Assembly (NCBI GenBank): GCA_963693365.1
Contig: CAVNZM010000007.1
Coordinates: forward strand, 2,837,979-2,901,978
Source of the DNA: Amoebidium appalachense
Lineage: Eukaryota; Protista; Ichthyosporea
Reading direction: 5' to 3'
Length of the DNA stretch: 64,000 nt
Every line of letters begins with the position of its first letter. Within the stretch, counting starts at the first letter, position 1. The notes under the pieces were generated by a model. It was given only the letters and a program-made list of their open reading frames with translations. It did no database searches and was not told the DNA's origin. A program made the translations under genes and the position numbers. Positions 1 to 17,819 of this stretch are shown piece by piece.

Positions 1-177
1 AGTTAGAATTGGTAGATAACACAAAGAGCCAACTCAATACGGATCAAGTCATGTGGATGTGACAAAATGGACGCGCGCGCGCATGTGTGTGTGTGTGTGT
101 GTGAGGGGGGGGGGGGGGGGGGGGGGGGGTAGGCCGGGGAGGGGAGGGGAGGAGATTTATGATAAAGAAAGAAGATA

Positions 178-212
<35 letters not shown>

Positions 213-548
213 GGGCACCTGGAGGGCGCGCAGAAGTTGCGGTTCTTTGCGTCACAGGGTGAGTAGCACCGGGGAGGGGGGGGGGGGGGGGGGGGGGGGG
301 TCAGAAAGCGGTTCTTTGTCAGTAGAGCAATTCAGGGTTACATAACGAGGAACAGGATGTGGTGCATAAAGCGACATAATGAACGATTTTCAACAAATTG
401 GAACAATAGAGTAGGAGGCATCAAAAAACACAAAGCAGAACGTCACAACAATACAGAATCCAGACCCACCCTTTTTTTGAAAAGAAAATAGCACACACAG
501 AAAATTAAAGGGGGGGGGGGGGGGGGTTCCATGTGCATGCACACGCAC

Positions 549-4361
<3,813 letters not shown>

Positions 4362-4867
4362 GTTTGGTTGATGTTAGACGTGCAGGCACGCAGGTGTTAG
4401 ACTTGATGAGTATTTTTGGAGGCTGAAACCTGGTAAAAGTAGGAGGCCAAAAAAACTGCCAAGTCTATCATTGAGCATGGGCAGTTCTACAACCGAGGGG
4501 GCTGTCAAGTAAAGTGCCACAAGTTGCCCACACTCACGAAAACAAAAAAAACTCGCAACCTTGTGGATCTATCACCCTAAACCCTCTGAATGTGCCATGG
4601 AATGCACAACATTGATGTTGAATCAGATATGGCTCACGCGTGACATGACGTGATGCTTGAAGCTTCCAAGCCTCACAGGTGTGTCTTATAAGCCCCAAAT
4701 ATTGAATATTTGTCCTATTCCAGGACAAGGAACTTATAATATACAAAAAAATTGAGCTTCAGCTTACCACCCGGTGAAGAACAATGCAGAAGTATCAGAC
4801 GCCTCTAGATCTGTCATCGCGGCGACGGTGGTAGCGCCGGACGGTGCGGCCCTCAGTAGGGTCACGG

Positions 4868-4946
4868 TGACGTCAGTGAACGTGTCCTATTGGTTCATAC
4901 CTCACTTTCGTCATTGAGATGCATGATCATGCATGCATGATCATGC
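4868..4946. promoter_or_regulatory. Candidate regulatory sites in the divergent ALDH/YrhK intergenic region: TGACGTCA (CRE/bZIP-type, 4868-4875) and a perfect 26-bp palindrome (4921-4946)
   Basis: Motifs read directly: TGACGTCA and GCATGATCATGCATGCATGATCATGC. Function is inferred from position only. Confidence 0.3.
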
Positions 4947-5662
4947 CCAACTAGGCTGCCAGCCCCAGGGCCCATAGCCGCGAGTCCAGGGCTGCCCGAG
5001 AGTGCCACCCAGTCCACTTCTAAACCACGGACTTACCTTGCCTAATATTCTTTCTATTTGACTGGGTATCAAGGCCCCCGACCTATTTATCATGTTAGGA
5101 GACAGCCGCCGGTGCACAGAGCACATTGATCATCGCCATCAAATGAAGCCACCGTTCTCCATAAACTACATATGCCGGCAATTATATTTTAAACCGCTCG
5201 GCCGCTATCGGCTGAGCGGCTGAGTTTTTGGTTCTCAAACAGAAGTGGAGAGCTAATTTTATGGAGCAGCAACCTTCAAAAACAGCACATAAGGAGGACA
5301 AAAAAAGATACAAAAAGAGATTTTGGGCTATTTGTTACTTGTTCGCAGGTGTATATGATTAGATATAATCTACAGGTATTGCATTCAAATTTAGAAGTCA
5401 GAACTTTGCAAATCTTGAACAATCAGTTTTGATTTGCGCATTGTCACGAACAGCTTTTCCGTTTACATGGGCGCCCCAATAGGAGCTCAGGGTCCGGGGC
5501 CAACTTGCCGCCCAAGCTGTTCTCACGGAAACATGTGCTCACGTGATCACGCACACTCTTCACTTGGCAAGGCTTCACTTCTTGATAACTCCAACCAAAA
5601 AACCAACTTGTAGCAAGCAAATAAGTTAGGGTGGCTTGGTTTGGCAGCGCGTGACTGTGAAA

Positions 5663-6379
5663 ATGGCTCAATATGACGACACTGTAGTCGCTGTTGACGA
5701 ACGGGCGCCCCTCATCAAGCCCAAAGAGGAACGCAATGCCACTCTCATCCACGGACACCTTGAGTCTGTTCCCATAGAGTCGACCCCACTCTGGATGTTC
5801 TTCCACTTCATCGGCTTCTTCATTGGTGGCACGACTTTCATTGCTGGCACCAGCCTCTACTACTACCCAGAATGGGCTCCAGGGGCGGAGTGGTCCGGCT
5901 GGCTCTACACCATCGGCTCGTGTGGTTTCCTTCTTGTTGACGTGATGGAGTTTTTCACCTTTACCTCCGACTTCCTACTCCGTGTGAACATCTCTCTGTC
6001 CATGATTGGAAGCACGTGGTACATCATTGGCTCTATAGGTTTCATCCCCGAAGTAGCTGAGAAGTGCACCTGGATTGGTGTGTGGGGTTTCATCCTTGGC
6101 AGCTTTTTCATCGGGAGCTCCCAGCTATGGAAAACATACCGCATCGGTGCCACACACGGGGGGCTTTTTGCGAGTCTGAGCGCGGCAACACAGGTGGGAG
6201 TGGAGTTGAGTGCTGGCTTGGGTGGGTGGTCGTTTTTCGTTGGCACGCTGATGTATCAGCAGGGACCCCTTGAAGGATTGTGGTATAGCGCCATTCTGGC
6301 CATCTGGATGGCTGGTTCTTGTTTCTTCACTAACGGGGCACTATTCTTGGGTTACCGCCATGCTATCATGGGCGAGTAA
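5663..6379 (+). CDS. YrhK-like multi-pass membrane protein (~238 aa, intronless)
   Basis: About six hydrophobic helices with repeated YrhK-like patterns (FIGGTTFIAGTSLY, WLYTIGSCGF, IGSTWYIIGSIGF, WGFILGSFF). Confidence 0.75.
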   Translation: MAQYDDTVVAVDERAPLIKPKEERNATLIHGHLESVPIESTPLWMFFHFIGFFIGGTTFIAGTSLYYYPEWAPGAEWSGWLYTIGSCGFLLVDVMEFFTFTSDFLLRVNISLSMIGSTWYIIGSIGFIPEVAEKCTWIGVWGFILGSFFIGSSQLWKTYRIGATHGGLFASLSAATQVGVELSAGLGGWSFFVGTLMYQQGPLEGLWYSAILAIWMAGSCFFTNGALFLGYRHAIMGE

Positions 6380-7700
6380 AAGTTTTAATTGCGAAAGCTT
6401 TGGCACCGCAGGTAGCTATGTAAGGCAGAGGGATAGTGAGGTTACCGGTTAGAACTGTACAGTGTATAAGTAAATACGTCCGAGTCACCTGAAATGTGTG
6501 GTTTATGTTGGAACAGTTGATTACAAGTAAAGCCTGGAATGGGAACATGGCATATCTACTCGCTGAGCGCCAACTATGCATGATCCCTATTCGGCGATAT
6601 TTTCTGGATGCATGACGTGCAGGTGCCTGTGAGCATCATGATTGTAGCGCTATAGACATACTTCTCGAACAAGCGCTCGACATAGTTCACGCAGAAGTAG
6701 CTTTTTTACATACACATACACGTATATATACTTATTACTATGATTATATTAGCAGAAACCGTTAATAGGCCCGCGCGTGCTGTTAGCGATGCAGGCCACC
6801 TTGGGCGGCGTCTGCGCCAGATCTAGCCTAGGAGATAGTGAGAGAGGGAGGGGGGAAGACAAAGCAGGTGTGTGTGTGTGTGTGCGTGTTGTGTGGAGCT
6901 GTGTGCGTCTGTGCGTGCCGTGTGTGTGTGTTACGGTGTGCGTGTGTGCCACTATATGGGGCGTGCAAACTCTTGTCCTGTTGTTGTGCGCACCAAAAGG
7001 ACCCACATCGTTACTTTGATCGTGATGCAAACTTCACTGTACTTTTACCCTTAATTGAACTCTTGCCTGAAGACACTGCGGGCCATCCTGTGCGTGTTCT
7101 ATTCGATATCAACTGAGTGCATATCTGGTGATCTTTCTATGATGCTGCTCGATGCAAATGACAATAAGCAAATACGCCCCCTGAGAGAGCAAATAAAACG
7201 CTCGAAAGAACCGTTTAAAAGAGAATAGTGAGCTATAACGTACGTCCAAGATAATGTGCCAGAAGCTCTGAGGGCCTTTGAACAGAGTCTAAAAACAACT
7301 TCGAAAGTGTACCTAACGTGAGGCAGCACATTCCCCACCCCGTGAGGCGGCCCGGGGTGCATATCTGAGGTGACCCTTTTTGAATTCCCGGGCGACCAGG
7401 CTGGCAGGCCGGCAAGGTGTAACCTACGGCCATGCTTGCTAACCCTGGCAGGGCTGATCTATGAGTGCTCGTAACGGTCATGCAATAAATTCAAATTCAA
7501 CCAATAATAACCAACTTTATGTATGGTTATTTGTGCGTCTGTGGGGCAGGGTTCGAACTCTGTTTTTGAAACTTTGGGGTAGGGTCTAAATTGTTTGGGA
7601 TTCGCCAAAAAAAAACTTTGGGAAAACGGTTTGGGAAAATCCTGGGCCCAGTAGCCCAATACCGGAAGACGAGTATACCGCAGCGGCTACCCAGTCACAG

Positions 7701-7749
<49 letters not shown>

Positions 7750-8074
7750 CCGCCTTCCCGCCCCCCCACCCACCCACCCACCCACCCACCACCACTACTA
7801 CGGGTCACCGCCCACGTGCACATGCAACACAACGGTTACCACACACCGCATTGCCCACACCATTTAAAGTTTAGCCCCCGGGGCCCGGTTCAAACGAGTC
7901 CGGATCCCAGCGCATGCTCTACTAAACAATGAACCCCCCCCCCCCCCCCCCCCCCCCCCCCGCCCCCGGAGCCCTCCCCGAAATCCCCCTCCCCGTACCC
8001 GGGACATGTGCTGTTCCCCCACCCCCCATAACTTCTGAGCCTCCCTCCCTCCTCCCCCCCCCCACCCCCCTCCC

Positions 8075-8762
8075 CCCACCCCCCGGGCCCTCCGGCCCCC
8101 CCTTCTCCCCCCCCCCCCTCCCCTCCCCCCCCACACACACAAATGTAACACACATACACGCACACACACTCAGAAACACGCACACCATCAGCTTCCCCCA
8201 CCGTGATCCACGTGCACCCACCCTAGGCCTCCCCCGGGTCCAACCAGCGCAACCGTATGATATGTCATTGATCCACAAAACACCAATGCGCTGTAATTTT
8301 CCCACTTACAGTCGACGTCAATCCCCCCCCCCCCCCCCCCCCCCGGCTCCTCCCACAGAGATCACGTGTGTGCACAAACACGTTAACAGGGCGCGCCCTC
8401 CTCCGTATCCCTAGTACCCGGCCACTTCCACCCCCCTCCCCCCCCCCCCCCCCCCCCCCCAGTGACCCACTGTAGTATCGGTACCCACTCGCGGCCCGCA
8501 AACCCTCCCCTCCCCCTTCCCCCGGCCCCTCAAAAAAGGGTCCCCCCCCCCCCCATTCAAACCCCCCCCCCCCCCCCCCCCCCCACGCTCCCCGCCTGGA
8601 GGCTGCCCTTCCCCTCCCCAGCTCCCCCCCCACCCCACCGTGCCCCCCACCCCCCCCCCCCCCCCCCCCTCTCCCCCTGTCCCCATGGGCACCAATATTC
8701 ACCCACAGGCCAGTGACTTTACCCACTCGAGCCCCTCCCCCGGCCCCTCCCCCGGCCTCCCC

Positions 8763-8794
<32 letters not shown>

Positions 8795-9155
8795 ACCCCC
8801 CCGGGCCCTCCGGCCCCCCTTCTCCCCCCCCCCCCCTCCCCACCCCCCCACACACACAAATGTAACACACATACACGCACACACACTCAGAAACACGCAC
8901 ACCATCAGCTTCCCCCACCGTGATCCACGTGCACCCACCCTAGGCCTCCCCCGGGTCCAACCAGCGCAACCGTATGATATGTCATTGATCCACAAAACAC
9001 CAATGCGCTGTAATTTTCCCACTTACAGTCGACGTCAATCCCCCCCCCCCCCCCCCCCCCCCCCCGGCTCCTCCCACAGAGATCACGTGTGTGCACAAAC
9101 ACGTTAACAGGGCGCGCCCTCCTCCGTATCCCTAGTACCCGGCCACTTCCACCCC

Positions 9156-9186
<31 letters not shown>

Positions 9187-9500
9187 AGTGACCCACTGTA
9201 GTATCGGTACCCACTCGCGGCCCGCAAACCCTCCCCTCCCCCTTCCCCCGGCCCCTCAAAAAGGGACCCCCCCCCCCCCCCCCCCACGCTCCCCGCCTAG
9301 AGGCTGCCCTTCCCCTCCCCAGCTCCCCCACCCCCCCCCCCCCCCCCCCCCCCCCCCCCACCCCACCGTGCCCCCCACCCCCCCCCCCCCCCTCTCCCCC
9401 TGTCCCCATGGGCACCAATATTCACCCACAGGCCAGTGACTTTACCCACTCGAGCCCCTCCCCGGCCCCTCCCCGGCCTCCCTCCCCCCTCCCCCCCCCC
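8075..9500. repeat. Tandem direct duplication with ~720 bp period, poly-C rich
   Basis: Identical unique blocks recur, e.g. AAATGTAACACACATACACG at ~8141/8858 and GGGCACCAATATTCACCCACAGGCCAGTGAC at ~8687/9411. Confidence 0.9.
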
Positions 9501-9769
9501 CCCCCCCCCTTCCCCCCAAACTTTTTTTTTGGGATTTTCGATCCCTGTTGTGGGGGGCCACGATCTATTATAGCCATGTGTCAAGATCTCAGAAGTTTGC
9601 AAACCAAGGCCGCGTCGCGAACAGGTTCATGAAGCACATATAGTACTGTACTATCTTCAAGTGCGCTTACGTACTGCCTGATGAGAACGAAGCATCTTTC
9701 TCCGACGAACATTTACTGGTTAACCTGGATAATATATTTTGGTTGGGCGTAAGTGCGTGAAGCTATGAA

Positions 9770-10345
9770 AATGACTCAACGTGAGGGCACAGTACTCGCC
9801 AGGCTGTGGGCGAACGGACACCTCTGATCAAACCCAAGGAGGCACATAACGCCAAACTGATCCACGGGCACTTGGAGTCTGTTCCCATCAAGTTGACCCC
9901 TATCCGGGTATTCTTCGAGTTACTCTGTCTCTTTATCGGTAGCACGACTTTCATTGCTGGCACCTGTCTCTACCACTTCCTGGAGCGGAGTGGTCGGGCT
10001 GGCTCTACACCATCGGCTCGTGTGATTTTCTTCTGCTTGATGTGATGGAGTTTTTCACGTTTACCTCCGACTTCCTACTCCGTGTGAACATCTCCCTGTC
10101 CATGATTAGAAGCGCATGGTACGTCATCGGCTCTATTGGTTTTATTCCCGAAGTAGCTGAGAAGTGCACCTGGCTTGGTGTGTGGGGGTTCACCCTTGGT
10201 AGCATTTTCAACGGCAGCTCCCAGCTATGGAAAACGGCGGCAGGCCACCTTGGTGCTACAAACTGGCCCGGTCGGTTTGCAAATCTGAGCGCGGCAACGC
10301 AGGTGGGATTCCACGGTGGAGTCGAATTCTGGCTTGGGTTGATGG
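9770..10345 (+). pseudogene. Decayed paralogue of the YrhK-like gene at 5663-6379
   Basis: ER[T/A]PLIKPKE..NA.LIHGHLESVPI and MEFFTFTSDFLLRVNISLSMI are near-identical to 5663-6379. The copy has a frameshifting deletion, a TGT->TGA stop near 10022 and a degenerate 3' end. Confidence 0.88.
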
Positions 10346-10835
10346 TTGTTACTCTTCATTTGCCAAGGCTTAGTGATTGATGCACAAGCACATGGTATGA
10401 CGGGTCCCGCGGCCGGCTTCAACTTGTGTGTCACAGTAGGCTAGTTACAGCACTCGGAGTGACCGTGCGTAATATAATTCAGTTGAGGTTGCCTCTCTGG
10501 ATTTTGGCTTTGGTCGTCACCATTTAAGCCAAAGGTGATCATGAATGAACTTCAATTTCGAAAAAATTATAATAAAGGGTTAACATTAAATCTCCACATA
10601 TGATCCATATTCTGTAACGTCGTTTTCTACGTATGTATTATCTTTTTAGGTGGAAGTACACACACACTACGGTGCTGTCCACACACTACATACACCAGGT
10701 GGCAGGGCAGGGCTGCCCTGGCACCAGTAAGTCTCATAATATCACGATGTCATCTAGCCGCTTTTTCCCGCCAAAACCCCTACAGGCCCTCGGCCGCATA
10801 GGAGGCCCTTGGGACGTCGGGCAGTCCTAATACTC

Positions 10836-10947
10836 TGCGTGCTGTCTTCCCTGCCTTTTTTTTTTTTAATGTTGCCGCAGGCAACAAGTCGTGCCCGGCC
10901 ACTTACGTAAGCTAGTGGGTACATAGCCTTGGATCCGGAGACTAGCA
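10836..10947 (+). repeat. Short dispersed repeat, related copy at ~51430-51570
   Basis: Both copies share GTGCTGT..CCCTGC, a T-run, TTGCCGCAGG, GGCCACTTA and GGGTACATAGCCTTGGA in the same order. Confidence 0.55.
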
Positions 10948-11550
10948 ACATATACCATTCGCTGGCTCCTTGGTCTAGTTACGGACGGTCTCCTCTTTCT
11001 AGCCAGAGAACATGGAGAGGTCGGGTGCATGCGGCAGCCCTTTCCCGAGGCTGCTCAGGTGCGGCACCTCTTACTTAGCGGGTGTTTTCAAGGTACAACG
11101 CTTTGTTCCTTTCAGGCTTCGCCGTGTCCCATGGGCCATACTTTTGAAGTGGCCTGTTGTGTCACCTATGAAACATATTATACATGCTGCAAAACAAGCG
11201 CAACCACAAACTTTGAACACACAAACACGCCCCGGCGCACACAACCACATGCACACGTACACTTGTGCTCGTACACGCACACACATCCACCCACTCACCC
11301 ACACATACGCACGCACACACAACTGCATCATATGCACTCGCTCGCCACAGACGCACACCGTGACTTACTCACGCACACGGCACACACACACACGTGCGTG
11401 TGCATACACACACGCAGACACACACACACGCGCGCACATGCACACGCACACGCACACGCACACGCACACACACACGCACAGGCACACACACACGCACACG
11501 CACACGCACACATTCACACACATGCACACGCCCACCCATGCGTACACAGG

Positions 11551-11587
<37 letters not shown>

Positions 11588-11722
11588 TCGCACACAGTGT
11601 CACTGTTGGAATACGTCACTACGTAGGACAGCAAGAGTCTTCAAGTATGTATGTGTCTTAGCTTTGTTTGTATTCGTGTCTGCTCTCCTTCTTTGTGCTC
11701 TCCCCCCTCTCTCCCTTTTTCT

Positions 11723-11760
<38 letters not shown>

Positions 11761-11999
11761 CCCCCCCCCCCCCCCCCCCCCCCCCCGTATCTCTCTCTCT
11801 CCCTTGTTTCTGTGTGCACAGATATCTGTAGATCTGTGCACACCTGGCTCTCTTGCCTGATAGAACTTATTGTATTTTATCTGTGTTTGCTCTGCTCTGT
11901 TTATCTGAGAGGTAGCATGATTGGCTAGCTATATTCGTTGTCTTTGTTTTAGTTCAAAGAGGTTTAGTAGTACCTCTAAAAAGCTTTGCTTCTTCACTA

Positions 12000-12045
12000 A
12001 TTTGTTTCATTCAATGATATGGAGCTAAGCCTTACTGATTCTCCC

Positions 12046-12077
<32 letters not shown>

Positions 12078-12571
12078 CTCCCCCTCCTTCGCACACTTAC
12101 CGGTCACCTAAGGCGAAGGTTTCAATTATACCTCCTTGCATCTTTGCCAGTTTGCTTCTACCCACCTCCCTCCCCCCTCCCCTCCCCCCCCCCCCTCCCC
12201 CCTCCCCCTCCCCCCCTCCCCCTCCCCCCCCCCCCCTTCTTTCCCCCCCCCCCCCCCCACCACCCGAAAAAAAAAAAAAAAAAAAAAACCCACATCATTA
12301 CCTCTAGGAAATCGTTCCTTAATAAATGGTCTCGGTAGCTGGGGGATTCCACCACTCTCTTGCTTGTTTACTCCTTCATCCCCCCCCCCCCCCCCCCCCC
12401 CCCCCCCCACCCACCCACCCTGCCCTCACTGTCGCCACCGCCGTTTTATTTTGACTCAAAATATTTATTATATGTAGCATTGCGTCTTTGTTGGCCCCTT
12501 GTTCTTGGGCTTCTTTTGCCTCTGTGCGAGCTCCTTTGCTTATTGATCTTCGTTCTTTATTTGCTTCCGTT

Positions 12572-12617
<46 letters not shown>

Positions 12618-13714
12618 ACCCACCCACCCAGCTTTTCATTCCTTGTTTCCTTGGTTCTTTGGTTCTTTGGTCGCTAGCTTCTTTGCTTCCATACCCCCCC
12701 CCCCCCCCCCCCCCCCCCCCCGGGGGTCCTCCCCCTTCTCCCCGACTCGATCATTCTTCATTCGTTGCTCCGTTGCCTCATTTTTCCTTTGCTTCTTTTC
12801 TTTGCTTCCATACCCCCCCTCCCTCCACACACACACCCATCAATTTGTTCATTCGTTCCTTATCACCAACTTCCATGATTCTTTTGCAATTGACTCTTTG
12901 CTTCTTTTATACTTTGCTTTCACAACCCCCCCCCCCCTCCCCCCCCCCTCGGACCTCCCCCCCCCCCCCCCCCCTTTCCCCCCCTCCCCTCCCCCCTCCC
13001 CCCCCCTTCCCCACCCTCGCCCGGGAGAAAGGGGGGGGGGGGGGGGGAGAGGGAGGGGGAGGTGGGGGAGGGGATTTGTTCAATCGTTACTAATTTATTT
13101 CTTTCAGTTTTTGGCTTGTTTGCTCTTTTGCTTCCTTGCAATACCCCCCCCCCCCCCCCCCCCCCCCCCCCGCGCGCCCCTTCCCGTCCTCCTCCCCCTC
13201 GGAAACTCATTCATTTGTTGCTTTATTGCTTCTTTTCTTCTTTCCTTCTTTGTTTCCATACGTCCCTCCCCAACCCCCCTCCTCTCCCTCCCCCTCCCTC
13301 TCTCCGGTGACTGCTTTCGTTCGTTGCGTCTCTGCTTCATCGGGTTCGTTTTCTTCTGTTATCCTTCCCCCCCCCCCCCCCCCCCCCCTCCCCCTACCTC
13401 CCCCCCTCCGGAAAGGATTTACTCATTCCATGCTTCAGAATCTTTGCTTCTTTAGTTCTTTGCTTCTTTGTTTCCACCTCCCCTTCCACCCCCCCTCCCC
13501 CCCCCCCCCCCCCCCTCTCCCCCCCTCCCCTCCCCCCCCCCACTTCCAGTGAATATTTCATTCGTAGCTCCTTTGCCTCTTCTGCTTCTTTGCTTTTTTT
13601 GGTTCCCGTTTTACCCCCCTCCCCCCTCCACTCTCCCCCCGGCGGAGGGTTTTATTTATTCCTTGCTTCTTTGTTTCTTTGCCTTTCTGCATCCACATCA
13701 TCCCCCCCCCGCCC

Positions 13715-13766
<52 letters not shown>

Positions 13767-13772
13767 CCCCCC

Positions 13773-13803
<31 letters not shown>

Positions 13804-14877
13804 TTCTCTCTCTCGGTTCAGCTGGTGTGGTATGTTAGTCAGATAGTATCGGACTTAGGCAATGACCGGGGAGCTTCCCAAAGGCCCCGTCTCCTGCGTT
13901 CTCAGTATTTATATTTTTCTTGCTTCTGCTTACTGCTGCAACTCTGACACCCGGCATTTCCCACTGCTCTTGCCTGTTGCCTGCTCGCGTGAGTAACTCG
14001 TGCTTTGTGCTCGTCTCTGACTAACTGAGACGGGTGACCTCCGGTGAGTCTAACACAACGGTTATCACCTTTGTTCTGAGGTGTTTTTTGCTTCTTCTTC
14101 TTCTTCTTACTTTTCTTCTTCTTCTTCTTCTTCTTCTTCTTCTTTCGTTGACGAGGTGAATGGGTCGAAATTCGAGTACTGTGGATGACGGGGGCCCTCC
14201 GAGCCTGAGGATGGGCTCTGCTTCTTATGCATACTCTTTATGTGTGGTTTACACTCTGCATTGTGTTCCTGTCAATGGTCCGTTGTGAATGTGTTCTTGT
14301 GTGTTCTGTGTTCTGTTTTCTCGAAAAGCCGCAATGGCAGGCTCAAATTTCTGTGAGTTTGCATCCTCACACTTATATTCCAAACTATGTCACCCATGCA
14401 GGATAAAGCCACGTTGGCTATCGTGCACAATACAAAGCCTGGCACGGTTCTCTGGCTGCAAACAGGCAAACGGACAACGTTTTTGTCGTTGTATGGCGCG
14501 TGCAACGCTTATTAGCGTTCTCGGCGCGGCCGCCAGTCTCCCCTCGAAGTCCACCTCCATCGACCCCTCGTTGTTTCTGCTGGACAGTTATGTCGACAAA
14601 ATTGGTAAGCATGAGTAGCGGGTCCCCCCCCCCCATGCCTCCCTGAGCACACATAAATACACACACACTCGCGTGCGCGCATGCACACACACACACACAC
14701 ACACAAACACCCCTTCATCAGGTTCTGCCTACCTTTTCGTCCCATATCATGCTGGGTTTCCTCCCAAATGTGCTTCTTTAGTACGTCTTCAGTGCTCGTT
14801 CACTTCACTGCTGTGTATTCACACCATTGGCTCGGTGATACAGAACTGAGCCCTACCGATCCCCCTCTTTACCCCCG

Positions 14878-14938
<61 letters not shown>

Positions 14939-15053
14939 ACCCCACCCAGCCTCTCTCACACCCCCTTACTGATTACCTAGGGCCAAGGTTTCAAATAGAC
15001 AAATACTAATAGAACCTCTTTGCTTCGTAGCCTGCCTGCTTCATGGTCCCTCT

Positions 15054-15097
<44 letters not shown>

Positions 15098-15260
15098 CCC
15101 CCCCCCCCTCCCCCCCCTCCCCCCCCCCCCCCCCCCCCCGGCCATTTAATTCATTCCTTGCTTCCGATTGCCAATGGTTGCTTCATCATCTCATTTTCAG
15201 TCTTTGTTCTAAAATTTCCCTGTTTTCCTTACACATACCTCCCCCCCCCCCCCCCCCCCC

Positions 15261-15298
<38 letters not shown>

Positions 15299-15851
15299 CC
15301 CCAAGTGATCACCACAAGGAAACATTCCTTCATAACTTCTAAACTTTGGGCTGTAGTGAGGGAGTCGATCACTCTTTTGCTTGTTTACACTTTGTTTTCC
15401 TTACATTACCACCCCCCCCCCCCCCCCCCCCCACACACACACCCGAGGAATTTATTCAGGGCAAAATTTAATGCTTCTTTTCTTCTTTGCTTATTTGTTT
15501 CAAAAGTCAAAAATCGGGAGATATTGTTCATGAGATGCTTCCGAAGTTATTTCTATACTAGTCTTTGCTTCCAGTGCTTCTTTACTTGCTTGCTTCTCAG
15601 CTTGAGGCTGCTTCATTGATAAACTTATTCTTTGTATGCATCCCCCCCCCCCCCCCCCCCCCCCCCCCTCTTAGGGACTTATCTATTCGTTCCTTCTTTG
15701 CTTGTTTCGTGATTTGCTTGATACTTGCCTTGTCCATCGTTTGCTTCTTAGGACTTGTTCAATACGAACGCCGGGTTGCTTCTTGGCTACTTCACCACTC
15801 CGAACGGAATGTGCATTGGTTACTTTGTTACCTCTTTGATGCCGCGTGCAT

Positions 15852-15882
<31 letters not shown>

Positions 15883-15961
15883 GGGCTCTCCGCCGGATGT
15901 TATTCATTTGCTGCACCCTTGCTTCTTGCCTTCTTTGCTTCCATACAACCCACTTCCCCTC

Positions 15962-16039
<78 letters not shown>

Positions 16040-16126
16040 ACACATCGTCGGACACACACACACACACAGAAACACACACACACCGTGGCATACACACACA
16101 CACACACACACACCACATCACACTGA

Positions 16127-16170
<44 letters not shown>

Positions 16171-16172
16171 CT

Positions 16173-16247
<75 letters not shown>

Positions 16248-16510
16248 CTGGGCTACTTCATTCGTTGTTTCAAGGCTTCCGACAGCTGCAGGCTGAAGGC
16301 TTTGCTTTTACTCTCCCCGGCCCGGCTAGGCCTCCTCTCCTCCTTGTTAACTAAACTCTGACTCATCATTCGTTACTTCTTTGATTCTTTGATTCTTGGC
16401 CCCTTTGCTTCCATATCCCATCCCCACCTCCCCCCCCCCCCCCCCCCCCCCCCCCCACCTCCCCCTCTCCCCTTCCCCTTGGGAGGCTCCCCCCACCCCA
16501 AACCCCCCTT
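12000..16510. repeat. Degenerate satellite: pyrimidine-rich units (TTCATTCGTTGCT...TTTGCTTCCATAC) alternating with poly-C tracts
   Basis: TTTGCTTCCATA and close variants recur at ~12682, 12801, 13250, 15935 and 16404, mostly followed by C-rich runs. No credible ORF. Confidence 0.6.
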
Positions 16511-16597
16511 GCAGATTTGCCACACGGCCGTCGATTACACATTTTGACTGACACACACAAACACACACTGTCACCCACGCATACACACTGTCACGGT

Positions 16598-16676
<79 letters not shown>

Positions 16677-16723
16677 CACACGCACGTACACACACACACA
16701 CCGTCACACACTGTCAGTCACAG

Positions 16724-16758
<35 letters not shown>

Positions 16759-16812
16759 CACACACACACACACACACATGCATGCACACACACACACACA
16801 CACACACGCACA

Positions 16813-17115
16813 CACTGAAGGCACTTTAACGAATTTTTGAGGCAAATTTACATTTACTTAGTAAGTAAAATTGTATAACGTTATGCAGGTTTGAGCATAA
16901 CGTTATGTACGTTTCAAAAAAATTAAAAATGTATTAACTTGGGAACCGTTCAACCAAAATGCACCAAGTTTTCACAGTTAGTGTGTTGTTATACCCCCTG
17001 CACACGTACACTGAGATACCAGCAAAACAGTTTGATCTGCTCAAGCGATCACGAAAAAACATGAAAAAACTTTTAAAAAACTTTAGGTCAAAATTTTCAG
17101 TAAAATCCCTTACTG
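16813..17115. mobile_element. Possible old MITE (~300 bp, AT-rich) sitting in a (CA)n microsatellite
   Basis: The left end CACTGAAGGCACTTTAACGAATTTTTGAGGCAAATTT is an imperfect match to the reverse complement of the right end (CAGTAAGGGATTTTACTGAAAATTTTGACCTAAAGTTT). Both sides are (CA)n. Confidence 0.4.
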
Positions 17116-17144
17116 GCACACACACACACACCACACAAACACTA

Positions 17145-17217
<73 letters not shown>

Positions 17218-17218
17218 G

Positions 17219-17349
<131 letters not shown>

Positions 17350-17784
17350 TACACACACACACTGTATTACACACGCGTGCGCGCGCACACACTACACGCA
17401 CAGTGTCACACACCATAGCTCGGAATCTGAAGAATGAGTACGGCTGAACTGACTCGGTTAGTACCGGCGCAGGGCGTCCCACTTCAACGGTTAACGCTGA
17501 GGCCGAGAGTGTAAGTGTATGTGTGGATGACCTCAAGCTCTAGCTAGTGTCTCTGCTCCGGCATGATGCTTTTTTTTTTTTCAGTACCCCCCCCCCTTCC
17601 CCCCCCCCCCCCCCAGGCACCCCTCCCAACGGTTTAAAATATGTGTACACGGGCGGCCTGGGGTATCATGGGGGGAGGGAGTATGTACGGTGGGGGACCG
17701 TGACTCGGGGGGACACTACTGAGGCCGGAGGAGGGTTAGAAAATCCATGCCGTGCAGCACGGGGAACGAATGATTCAGGCTTAG

Positions 17785-17819
<35 letters not shown>

